The notes under the pieces are model-generated. The model was not told the DNA's origin, ran no database searches, and saw nothing but the letters and a program-made list of their open reading frames with translations. The translations under genes and the position numbers were made by a program. Of a DNA stretch of 64,000 nucleotides, positions 38,390 through 50,500 are shown piece after piece. Source of the stretch: Phoronis australis (lineage: Eukaryota; Animalia; Phoronida); assembly GCA_002633005.1 (NCBI GenBank), contig NMRA01000217.1, forward strand, positions 310,001-374,000. Direction: 5' to 3'. How positions within the stretch are numbered: position 1 is the stretch's first letter; each line of letters opens with the position of its first letter.

Positions 38390-41090
38390 CTAGTCAGCAA
38401 TTCGCACCCCGAACTGTCAAATGGTATTTGGGAGAATCCCCACCCCCTCCTAAGTCCGCCAGTTTTCTGGAATCGTTTATTTCAGAACAAGTAAGTCACG
38501 GGAGGCTTATAAAACCGCTCGTGTGACCGTTTTGGGGGGTGCAGGTTTGTTTTTGATATCACTAGCCACTGTTTATTATAAAAGTAAAAAAGTTCCCTTG
38601 TTTAAAACATCTCCATGAAATTTGGTAAAATCTGCAAACACGGAATGGAACACATTTAAAACTTACTGTGTGAGTGTTGCCGCAAATGAATATGAAACAA
38701 TCTGGAAGTATTTGCTCTAACAGTTCTTTGCGCAGATGGTGTTTCCCCTCCGGCGACATTTCGAATATTTAATCCCTGAAGACAAAACCGTCTCACCGGA
38801 AAATTGAAGTCCCCCTAGCATGCTCACGGGACGGAAGGACTGGAGTCGCGGAATAATGGTAGGACTTTTAATCGCACGTTATGCACCTTCCTGCACCGGC
38901 GTACCTGCATCCACATTTCAATACATTCTTTTCAAACATGATCCAGGGTTCGGTTATGTGCTCTTGTTATGATACCTCCTTGTGTTGCTGGTGAGGTTCA
39001 AAGTGCACAAGGTAGATTCAGACTTATTTTAACTAACCTGGGGAACTGGTTTGTCGTTTCAACCAAGGAACCAATAGTGGTACCTAGCTTCGACATGAAA
39101 ATGGTGACATTTTCCTAACTTTGGAAAAGGCTCATGTACACTATTCAAAAGGAAAGTGATTTGTGCACTGTCCTGCAAGATTCACGCCGGGCATTGTTTT
39201 GAAAGGCTTTCTAAATTGCTTTTGCGAAAAGTGCTTACCAGGATTAAAGTTCCTATGACCAGGCTCAACTTGACTATGTCACGGCGTGTCTTGACTGCGC
39301 CGTGCAGTGGCCTTCTTGAACAGTACTTCGGCACCCCCCTAGGGTATTGCAGAGTCTTGACACTCGCTTCCCAATCAGGATTATTTGAACACTAAAAATT
39401 CGGGATGTGCAGGACTTTACTTTTTTGCAATATTGATGAATTTTTTATGTGACTGTTAAGGGTAGAACAAACAATTTCCCGGACGCTACTCAACTACTTA
39501 TCTGTTAGTTAAAAGGTTACATATGATAGATGTAACAGTTGTAACCACGTTATAGTAATAATGACACGTACTAAGTACCAAGTGTATTTTTATAAACCAT
39601 TGATTTTTCTTCTTTCAGAAAATATGTGACCCAGCACCACAAAATGAGTCTCACTAAGTCTGGATTTGTCATTTTTGTAATTGTTATTTTTTTCTGAAAA
39701 TACAGTATTTTCTGATCATTTTGATGTATGAAACATGTCCTTATCTTTACAAACGACCGAGTTATTGCCAATTCTAGTCGAGGAAAGCGAAAATTTAGAG
39801 CTTACAAAAGTCAAGGAAAATGGCCGAGAAAAAGTGCCGATAGTGTTTTTAAAATCTCCGTAGCAACTCACATTTGAATGCTACATTCTAGACTTATTAG
39901 TATACACAACCATATATATATATATTATATACTTTAACCACTGAGTTGACACAGCCCAGTTTTCCTCAATTGACTTCGAATTGACGTTTCTCAATAGGGT
40001 CAAGACCAATTTCATAGTGGAAAGTGGGCCACAACAAAATTATTTTTAACGGCAAGGCGAATTTATTAGCCTGAGAAACAAACCACATCTTCGTCAAAAC
40101 GGCATAAGCATGAAATACTCTTTAATCTATGACATAAATGTATACTTCACGTCAGATGCAAAGCGCTTTTGGTATAAAAAGAAGACCCGCGTGACCGAAT
40201 ATTGCCACTCGCTTTGCTATATGACCAAACACCATCCCACTTAGACATTCAGTTCACGGCTTGATAGCTTTGTGAACGGGATGTTCGTGACCGATCGACG
40301 TTCGGACGTTCTATAGCTTGGAATAAAACCAACTAGGTCACATGATTTTAAACCTAAACGTGTCATGGTTTTTGATTCCGAGACAAAAACATCTCCAAAG
40401 CTGCGTGCCTCGTATCGGCTGGGGGTCCCCCCCGTGAGAAAAGTCAGTTTCGGAAACCGTCTGAATTAGGCATTGAGAATCTGGCGGAAAAATCAAAACT
40501 TGAAAACGCAACTATCTTGTCTGGTTTCCGTTCAAATCCAAACAATTGAAAATTTGACTATTTATTGAAATAATAGAAAACAAGGGCTTAATAACTACAA
40601 AAATTCCCGCACTCTCCGCAGATTCCGTCGACCGGACACTCACCCGTGACAAACCAAAATCAGACTAGTCGAAAAACAGCGTAAGCACACAGTAAATGAA
40701 TATTGCTTCAGGCTCATTTATTTCTAATATAAAAAGTAAATTACTTTCGTGAAAAATAGGGTATCAGTAACATGTTCACGTGGGTCATTCAGTAGCCTAA
40801 CCTGTGCACTGCCACGGGACTCAGTCAAATCCGGAAAATCAAGAGTAAGCGTAGCTCACCGACGTCACCCGAACAGGTCACAGGTGCGGCTTTATGAGCC
40901 TTGGCTACGCGTATGAATTTATCTTTGTATGCAATTGTTACACCTCTGGTTCTTTTTATTTCATATTTTTTTTTTACTATACAATTCTCATATTTTCTAA
41001 CTTATTTTGAAATTCACGGTACTCCTACAAAATGAATGTAATATACTGCACTCATTTTTAGCGGATGAACAAGTAAATGATGTTGTTGGG

Positions 41091-41098
41091 CACTTCCG
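41091..41098. promoter_or_regulatory. ETS-type motif (CACTTCCG) at the putative UAP1 promoter
   Basis: Motif immediately upstream of the candidate first exon; typical of housekeeping promoters. Confidence 0.35.
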
Positions 41099-41102
41099 CT
41101 TT

Positions 41103-41161
41103 ATGCACAACTGCAGTCGTGTAAAGCTTGCAGCGTTACTCAGGCAGACGATCTCAGTCAG
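41103..41161 (+). CDS. UAP1: Candidate UAP1 first exon with upstream in-frame ATG (N-terminal extension)
   Basis: ATG 41103, 19 codons + AG, donor CAG|GTGAGG; splices in frame to acceptor at 47280 (or 47277) and reads into ATG 47300. Confidence 0.6.
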
Positions 41162-41780
41162 GTGAGGTGCCCCTGTTTATGGGCTTTAGGGTTGAGTATA
41201 TAGTTTGCATTTCTACAGACGTTTTAAGTGGACAGATTTTGAGAGCAAACAACTTTGTGTGTGCCGACCCGTGTGCTATTTTTTAAATTTCTAATTTGAC
41301 TGGCACGTCGACATGCAAGAAGAGCCAAGAGTCAAGTTTCTCAACTGTCAAGTGCCACTGTCGGGCTTTAATAATTTTCATGGGGGGGGGGGCAACTAAA
41401 CCAAGAGGTTCACCGTGCCCGAAGGAAAATGTAACTTAACATCATAGAAATGTAATTGGACGCCTTCAAGTCATTGTATGAAAATTTGCTGATCAAGGCG
41501 CTGAGAGTGAGACTTGAAGCAGGATTTCCACGCCCAGGACCCGAGTGTTCAAACCATTCGACTAAGTCTAAGAGGCAATTAATGCTTGGCATGAGATTAA
41601 GAGAGTCTTTATATGACTCAAGAGTGCACCCAGTGTAACAATGTCCGGTTGCCGATTTGGGCAACCAAATGAAGGACTGCTTCATGATTACGGCAGTATT
41701 TGTTGGAGTTGGAAGGAATTAAATCAATTAAAGACAGTCGACGACCTCCTATGGTGTCCCTCTATGTGCAAAAGATACTC

Positions 41781-42034
41781 CAGGGCTTGCAATTTTCCTC
41801 CTTTAAGAGGATTTCTTCTTATTTTGGTCTCGATTTCCTCATATTTGATTTCCAGTTTCCTCCTTTTTCATCTCTTTCGTATCATTTTTGACTATTCATG
41901 AATGCAAAAACATTTATTTCAGTTTCAAATTTACTACACAAAAATATTTCTATCATGTAAGCCTATTTATTTGTGGAACAATACGTAACGTGGAAATTTT
42001 TTTGCTTTTTTGTCATTGGTCATTCCAAGCCCAG
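41781..42034 (+). mobile_element. ~255-bp hAT-like MITE nested in an older repeat
   Basis: TIRs CAGGGCTTG(C/G)AAT ... ATTCCAAGCCCAG; a related empty site is visible at ~42331-42467. Confidence 0.8.
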
Positions 42035-42782
42035 GTACTTACAATAGCGTGACTTTGATGTTTTGATCAGTGTGATGCATATATAATTTGCCAAAAAGCT
42101 TCCGTCTTCACCGTTTCTACTGGGGCCAGCTGGAGATCATGGTCCCTGTCTAATGTTGTCCTTAGACTACTAAAGTGTTGTATTACTGTAGGTTCACTAG
42201 CTAGGCCTCTAAGTAAGAGTACTCACCAGTTAAAACACAGCTATTCGAGCTTGAATAAAACNATAAAAAAGTTGAGTTCACGATTTTGGGAACTGAAATA
42301 GGGACTGCTCGAAGAAAAAGTTTCATAACGGGAGTATTTGTTCGAGTTGGAAGGAATTAAACACATCGACAACCTCCTAAGGTGTTCCTCTATGCGCAAA
42401 AGGTATTTGTAACAACGTGACTTTGATGGTTTAGTCGGTGCGAGGCATAATTCGCCGAAAAGCTTCCGGCGTACAGAGCGCCTATAGCCTCTCCATCGCC
42501 TCTGCTTCGGGCCAACAGAGGCGATGGTCATTGCCTAGGTTTCCACAGGACCCGAGTGTTCAAACCATTCGACTAAGTCTAAGAGGCAATTAGTGCTTGG
42601 CATGAGATTAAGAGAGTCTTTATATGACTCAAGAGTGCACGCAGTGTAACAATGTCCGGTTGCCGATTTGGGCAACCAAATGAAGGACTGCTTCATGATT
42701 ACGGCAGTATTTGTTGGAGTTGGAAGGAATTAAAGACAGTCGACGACCTCCTGTGGTGTCCCTCTATGTGCAAAAGATACTC

Positions 42783-43038
42783 CAGGGCTTGGAATTTTCC
42801 TCCTTTAAAAGGATTTCTTCTTATTTTGGTCTCGATTTCCTCATATTTGATTTCCAGTTTCCTCCATTTTCATCTCTTTCGTATCATTTTTGACTATTCA
42901 TGAATGCAAAAACATTTATTTCAGTTTCAAATTTACTACACAAAAATATTTCTATCTAATAAGCCTATTTATTTGTGGAACAATACGTACCCTGGAAATT
43001 TTTTCGCTTTTTTTTGTCATTGGTCATTCCAAGCCCAG
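42783..43038 (+). mobile_element. Same MITE in the duplicated block
   Basis: Near-identical to 41781-42034. Confidence 0.8.
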
Positions 43039-43264
43039 GTACTTACAATAGCGTGACTTTGATGTTTTGATCAGTGTGATGCATATAAATTTGCCAAAAA
43101 GCTTCCGTCTTCACCGTTTCTACTGGGGCCAGCTGGAGATCATGGTCCCTGTCTAATGTTGTCCTTAGACTACTAAAGTGTTGTATTACTGCAGGTTCAC
43201 TAGCTAGGCCTCTAAGTAAGAGTACTCACCAGTTAAAACACAGCTATTCGAGCTTGAATAAAAC

Positions 43265-44440
43265 CCAATCTTTAGGTGCCCATTCTTGATGGCCAGATTG
43301 TAAGCTGAAAGACTGTCAGCAGCCTCCCACTAACAGTATAAATAAAGCAAACATCCGATGAACCATAAAACTGACAAATCACTGGATGGTTAAGTATGAT
43401 GATTACAGCGTCTTGTCAGCCAACAGAGGAGCTATGTGTTGCTGATGTCACATACGGAAGTCAGGTGTCACAACATTTCTCTCCTTTCTATGGATGAAGC
43501 CACTTCTCTGGCCTGGGGTTTCCACTTTAGCTGCAATGGAGGGTGATTGCGGACTGCCCCGAGAGTAGTGCTGACGTCCCATCTGGTCATGGATTTTACC
43601 ATTTTTGGGCATCAATGTAGAAAAATCTGTCGACACTGAGACTTGGACTGAGATTTCCTGCATAAAAGCCGAACGTTCAAACCCTTTGGCTTTGAGGCAG
43701 TTGCCGCTTGGCAAGCGATTTAGATAGGCTTGATACGACTCTACGTCATAACCAGAAGTCACATGGCACAACATCAGTATTCTGCCTAGTTAGTCAGCTA
43801 GCTTGGTATGATTGAACATCAAAACGAACGCATTATACAGCTTTGCACCAAGGCTAGAATAAATCTACCCTTGATGTAACTTAGTTTGCATAAAAGAAGA
43901 CAGGAAGTGATTTCGTTATGACAGCCAGGTTCCTTCATTCACTAATGAAATGAAATTGATATTGAACTGGCACCACTGTAATCAATGTGCTTGGGTCAAA
44001 AAGACAAATAGAGAGAGTTGTTTGTCAGCCATGCCGAGGAGGAATAACACCGACCAGGTACACTGACAGAGTACAACTCTCAACATGTCACGTGATCACT
44101 TAACAGCCAATGCCTCATTGTTGAAGTTTATAGAAGATATGCAGTGTTTATTTTGAACGGTAGCCACACAGCCCGAACATGGCTAAGTTTACCTTGCTGT
44201 TATTTTGTTGAGAGGAGGTTGTCTGAATGTGGATACTCCCATGTGTACTAATACTGGTTTCCCTTGCCATTTCTGCCAGACAGGTGCAACTTGTACACAG
44301 TCCTCTGCCCTTTTCTGGTTGACTCTAGCACACTGGAAGTATTAGCGGTTCAGCATAAACAGGTTCTCATTGTGGAGCATGTCAAAGAAATGCCATTTTG
44401 CCCATGGCTTAGTTGATTGAGGAGCAATTGATTCAAAATC
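43265..44440 (-). mobile_element. Probable decayed non-LTR retrotransposon ORF2 fragment
   Basis: Broken minus-strand frames with endonuclease/linker-like fragments (HIDY, AYNLAIKNGH); multiple stops; motif match judged by eye only. Confidence 0.35.
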
Positions 44441-44539
44441 TTTGGAATTATGAGGGAGATTAAGAGAGGATCCCGCTTAAGACTGAATCATTTTATTTGG
44501 AGTTTGAAGTCTCAGTTTGTGCCAATAATTCATTAATAA

Positions 44540-44960
44540 TTGGTAACATTATCAAGAAGCAGGAATCACACGACTGTCCACTTTCCCAATGTGATCAAAC
44601 CAAAAGGTTCAAAAAGCCTTCTGTTTCTTGACAGATTGGGCGTAAGCCATGTCATTCAAATTCTGAGAGGTCGCAGTAACCTAGCCCGACACTGTCACAT
44701 GACTGGGCATATAGGCACTCCATTGTGTCCTGAGTGTGGTACTGATGTTTAAACCCCTAAACATGTGGCGGGTAGAGTGTTTCCCAGCTCTTTATAGGCT
44801 TAGGAGTAAGCTACTAGATGGCACCATTACATGCCTTCAACATATAGTGCATGGCAACAAATGGAAAATCTTGGTTTTCTTAAGGAAGACAGGCAGACTT
44901 GATCGATAACAGGGCTCTCGGAAATTTTAGCTCAGGTAATTTGTACAATGGGCCTAACCA
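44540..44960 (+). mobile_element. 3' end of a non-LTR retrotransposon (C-terminal CCHC zinc knuckle region), pseudogenised
   Basis: ILRGRSNLARHCHMTGHIGTPLCPECGTDV*TPKHV resembles LINE ORF2 C-terminal GHxxLxxH...CPxCG..ETxxH. Confidence 0.7.
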
Positions 44961-46032
44961 CGAGGCATGTGCGCGTCTAATGTACCACAAAAGACTAGAC
45001 CACCGGCACTATTTTTTAACTCTCCGGGAGTCTGAATTGCCCTTCTTCCGTTATTGATGTTATGGGGGAATCTTATGCCTCCTGTGTCTGGCTATAGCCA
45101 CAGGCTCCCTGGTCAATGCCCTTAGTCTACTCTTAGGAAATCAAGTTGCATGAGCTCTGGGTAGTTCATTTTTTATTAACTCCTTTGGAACTCGTAATTT
45201 CCAAGAAATTCATATAGTTCTCCAAACAATGGACTTAAAACTGCTGATAAAAAGATAAAATTCTATTTGTTCGTGGCAAGATTATAGTGCTCTGCATTTG
45301 GTATTAGGTTAGGAGATAACGGTTTGAACAATTGTGATAGTCGCATGTCTTAAGTACATGGACCTTATTTTTGAATTAATCAGTGTCACCTCAACTGTGA
45401 TCTTTAGTCTTTAACCTTTAGAATGAAATTTAGGACATAATGTCTTGGTGATGTGTAGGGATTAGGAAACAAAACCTGCGACTTTTTAAAAATGTATTGC
45501 AGTAGAAATTTTGTTTTCAGTTTGTAACTGTGAGAAATAGGCATCAGGAAAGTTCCATAATTTTTCTTTAAGGCAGAGCGTTATTGTAAATTGTGTGTCA
45601 ACCATTACACAACCTGTACGTTAAAGAGAGAGAGAGCTCACATGTGCTTTGAATGTACCGTGGGATATAAAATTCCATGGATGTATTCATTTGATTTTAA
45701 AAGCAATTATGCTTTTATTTGAAAGACAACTGTTTAATTTAAAGTGACCTTGTCAAGGGAATGAGGTATAGTAAAGGTTTTAAAATTCATTTTGTAAAAA
45801 GAACCATTCTCAAACATAAAAGTCATTATGTCCTTTTGTGTTCTGAAATATGGTAGGTAGATACCGAATAAACAAGAGGTGGTAATTGACTTGACGAAAT
45901 CTATCTAATTTTACCGTATGAGGGACGAGTGAAATTTTGTTTTCTCATTTTTTTTCATAAATGATGCATAGTGCCAAAATGATGCTATGATGTATTCAAG
46001 TTCTGTACCACAACTACCAACGGATAATATTT

Positions 46033-46093
46033 TAAAAAACTCTGATCATTCAACAATCTTAGAAAAAACTCTGATCATTCAACAATCTTAGAA
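46033..46093. repeat. 30-bp direct repeat x2
   Basis: AAAAAACTCTGATCATTCAACAATCTTAGA. Confidence 0.85.
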
Positions 46094-47299
46094 GCCCTTG
46101 AAAAAAAGAAAGTATCATTTTGGCAATTACTGGTATTTTTATCCAAAATTGGTGAAATTTTCTGTGCATCAGTTCACAAAAAGTTACTTTCGGTCATACA
46201 AATACTACGTTTCAAACCAAGTTAAAACTCCCAAATGTAGCTGCATAGTGTGAGCTATGTATCGGAAATCTTTGAAATGTTATCTTTTCTTGGTGCACAA
46301 ATCAAATGGTCATATTTCCTTCGATGGTTTTTGGTATTTGTGAAAATTCATCCATCAAAATGTCAGTTAACCTCCATAAAAGGTTGTATTTATTGTCTAA
46401 GCGCCTGTGTATAAAGTGACATTCTCAGCCAGTGTACCTCATCTCCAAGGCAACTGCAAAATACAGTCCGAGGCAAATGTTTTACCCTCTTTCATCTAAA
46501 CATAGATAGAATTTTGGTATTTTGAAAATTTGTGGTGTAGTCTTAAGAGAAGCGGAAGGGCATTGTCCCTTTATTTTTTTTGGCCACGGGACATGTACTT
46601 ACCTTTTACTGAACTGGTAAGTGTTCTTTCAGTTTTTGTTTTAGTCTGAATCAAAGCAGTGAGAACTGTCCTATTGTCACTTTAACTGGATATGAGTCTC
46701 TATTTTATGTTGGGCGTTCTCCCCCGTCATTCTTGTTGGACTACACCCCTGGTCAATGTATAGTAAGGTGAAAAATAGAAATCAGTTATCAGGGTTATGT
46801 TGTTGTTTGTTAATTCAGGTTATAGTTTGTTTTAAAGCTGCTGGAATCCTAACTGGTGTCAAATTGTGTCTGATTGAGGTAATTCCGTCATGAAATGGTC
46901 TCGACTTGTTCTTAAGTGATTTTTGTGCTTGACAAAAGTAACTGTTAAGGTCATTTTGGTGAAACTTTGTTGACGTGCATTCTTTTTGATGGTATCTATA
47001 CTAATAAATATATAGTGCTGAGACAGAATGATTAGTATCATGCAAAAACAACCAGTTTATGATGAGCTAAAAGGGGATAGTCTATTGCGATGCAGTTTGT
47101 AGTTCCGTTTTCCGTATCACCTTTAAGCGACTGCCCTCCCTTCAGAGCTACGCAGCTTTTGTTGCTCCCTGTAACTGTTTGACCTGGGTTATGTTACCAG
47201 CTAACCCAGGTGTACAAACTACATTATCAATACGGTTCCTTTTGCGTACTGTTGTAGAGTATTGGATGTGTCTCCAGTAGCGTGATACGGACGGATAAA

Positions 47300-47576
47300 A
47301 TGGACACCAATGGACTTCGAGCGGACTTGGAGAAAAATGGACAAGCACACTTGTTGAAATTTTGGGAATCACTGAATGACGCTGACCGGAAGGCACTCTA
47401 TGCGGACATCAAACAGATCAACTTGGAAGAGGTCAACCGGTACTTTAAGCGGTGTCAGGAGTCGATACACGCACACCATGAGAAGATCGACAGCTCTCTT
47501 GAGCCGATACCGAAGGAACTGAAGGGTAGCACATTGCATACGTCTGCTGATCAGCTGAAGAAGTATGAAGAGGAAG
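47300..47576 (+). CDS. UAP1: UAP1 coding exon 1 (from conserved ATG)
   Basis: aaaATGG strong context; [22 protein letters not shown]...KKYEEE; donor gtatgt. Confidence 0.93.
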
Positions 47577-50500
47577 GTATGTATTATATGATCGATGATG
47601 TGCTTAGCATTTCACTAATAGTTCTGGAGAAAATGGAGATGAAGCTCTTCACAATAATTTAAATGCTAAACCTTAATACCTTTCAGCTTTTCAGAGATAG
47701 CAACTATGGTTATTACATGACGGAGCTCCATCGCTCCTTGGAAAACAGCCCGACTGTCCACAAAATCTGTTAATAATCTTATGTCAAGATAGAGTCCCAA
47801 CCGTTGCCAAATGTGTGGGCGTGGCACACTGTCGCCGATGTACATTTTGAAGCCATGAACAGATAAATCGTGTCAAATTCTAGTCGTTACAGAACTGAAA
47901 ATGCCTGCCCTCTTCAAATTGCTTTTTTTTGATCTCTTAACTATGCCAGTATTTTGTTCGCAGTATGTAAAACATCCTGACAGTATTGCAAACAAATGAC
48001 ATTCTCACTTTATACAGAAAAGATGTATGTTACCAAATTTATGCTTTGCCAGGTTCAGATTTCAAGCTATATATTGTGTCCAAAACTGTCTTGCTTTTCA
48101 GGAAATTCAAAACAATGTTAGCTTTGAAAAATGAAAAGATAGATAGAATTTTGTGAATATTTTTTTGCCTGGAATTGGTGAGACCTTAGTGCATTATATA
48201 TGAAACTGAGTAATTTGTTGGGAGTTCCAAACAAGCTTGTGAATTGCTTCGCCTTTCATTTGTTGCATATAAATTATCTAAAAGCCTTTGAATCCAGAAT
48301 AGAGAGTTATGCCTGCTCTGATTGTTATTAGTAAGTACAAGAAATTGCCCACTTTGATGAGAATGCTTACTGCTGTGTTCCTCCAGAGGTTCACACCAAC
48401 AGGGAAGTACCCAAATTATATGTCTTCAAAAAGGTATACAATGTACATTTTTAGCCCATTCATAGAAACCAGCTTTTGTTTACTTTATATTAGCTAAACA
48501 ATTCAGCTATGTACAGCATGTGTTGTGCTTCAGTCAGGCCTTATCAGCAACCTAGGCTGAACTTGGACCAGGAAATACTTTGCATCGCTGAAAAACTCAG
48601 ATCTTTGTTTGGTGAAGAAATGCGTTAATTTCACTGCTTGTTTTACATTTACACATTTCATTCCCCATTACCAGAGAATGGTGCGAGATTCTGTTCATGG
48701 ATGAGGAAATAATTTGAGATATCAGTTGTTGCCTTATTTCGGTGAAGTAACAGTCATTTTAAAAGTGATGATTTTACTTGAAAACAATGACAATTGTATC
48801 AAATTAAATTGATTTGTTATGTATTTTACTGTATATCTGGCCAATATTTTTAAAACTGCATTTTTGAGAGAGAAAGGGTACACTTAACCTTTCTTGTAGG
48901 CTAAAAATTGTGAGTTTTGTTAAGGCTAAAACCTATGTTACCTTATTTATATTCAATAATCATTTGCGTTATGATATTCTTTGTGCTTTGTAAATTAAAT
49001 TTTTAACGTATTTATGAGCCAAGAATGTGTACACAGAATGGCTCGGAATTCCCAGTCATGACGGCAGGGTGGAAGCTGAGTTCCTTGTCAGAGTGATCTT
49101 CCCTCTAAACCGAGAATGAAGGGAAATTAACTGTTAATTAGTAAAGGTGACAAAGAATTAGAATACTAGCTATTCCCAGTCATCTTTGTTGTTTAGAGAA
49201 TTTACCCTCATGACGGCGAGACAGTATTTTGTCTGATTACTTTGTCTTGTGTCTGCGATTGTCTTGAAACAATTCATTGCCAAATGTCCAGTAACAACCC
49301 AATCTTTTCAACTTTATAACTTCTAAAACTTGTTGACCCTTCGTGATATCACTATTAAACCCCCGCCTACACTGTTTGACATATTTGTAGCTTGTAAAGA
49401 TAAACTTTGTGCCAAAATGCATTAAATCAAATGTGAAGTCTCAGAAGGCCGCTGATGTGGTACTGTTTACAAGTATCCAGTCTGACTAATGAGTTCGCAA
49501 TAAAACTGTAAAATCATAAATACTTGTCCCTTGAAACACAGCTCTGAGTAGTACCTTCAATTAACCCATCAGTTATTAGACTCGTTCTCCTTGACCCGTT
49601 TCAACATGTTGCTGTGCCCACACTTATAACACATAACCTTCAACACATTTGAATGTCCCTCCCCACGACATGTTTAGGTTTTCAGCTCTAGGGAACACTG
49701 CTAAGTGTTGTCCACACATAGACCCTGGAACAAGTTACTCCCGGTACGAGTTGACACTAGGTTTGATTGTTGTGTCAACGCTATTTAAACTAGCGCAACT
49801 TACCCTACTTGAAAACTTTACTCCACATTATCGCGGTGGGGCAATTTGTTCTGGGGTAACTTGGGCCACTTGTAATTTCTGTGTGGCTGCAAACGTCAGG
49901 GACAAGGCAGAAGTATTTCATAAGTTGCGGTTACATACAGACGGTTTTACTTTTCCATGCAGTATTCACATTAGGTGTTATATTGTCATGCACAGATATA
50001 TGCGTGTTTAGACGCTCCAATTAAAAGTGGGGGTAAGTCACACTAGTGCAAGTTATTCTAGGGTAGGCTGTGTGTGGATGGGAGTTTAGCTGTGTTACTG
50101 AAGAAAATTTATTTGCCAATTTCTCTTATAATGCATCGATTTAAAAAGTCAAAGACTAGCGTATTTACATTCCAATTTTAAAAATTGCCGTATTGGTTGT
50201 TTGCCTTCAGTTGTTAATTAAGTGTAAGAGTTGCCTTATGGATCGAGGAACATTGAAAATCTCATCCATTCCTGGGCCCACATGTGAAATTCAGTTTCTA
50301 GTTTTTCATAAAAATATACCATGCCTACCATCACACAAAACGTTGTGGCCAGCAACAACATTATAGGGTTCAAAGCTCTTGGAAAATGAAAAGCAGGTGG
50401 CTTAGAAAATGCCTAGTATGTTAACCCAATTAAGTTTTGTGTTCACTTAGCAGTACTTACCAATCTTAAAGATGGAATGGCTGGCTTATTCAGATCTTTA

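Larger units (their letters stand above)
41535..43264. repeat. ~720-bp direct duplication (41535-42261 / 42546-43264) around a single-N join
   Basis: Near-identical blocks with scattered SNPs and small indels; copy A ends exactly at N 42262. Confidence 0.9.

Noticed and set aside
43500-43560. Minus-strand ITLHCS*SGNPRP resembling an Ig I-set motif
   Set aside because: Contains a stop, lacks splice sites, and sits in what looks like decayed retroelement sequence.
35017-47299. Functional operon-like link between a nucleoporin and the UDP-GlcNAc supply enzyme
   Set aside because: gp210 is mainly lumenal and N-glycosylated; the genes appear to have separate polyA and promoter signals; adjacency alone is not evidence.
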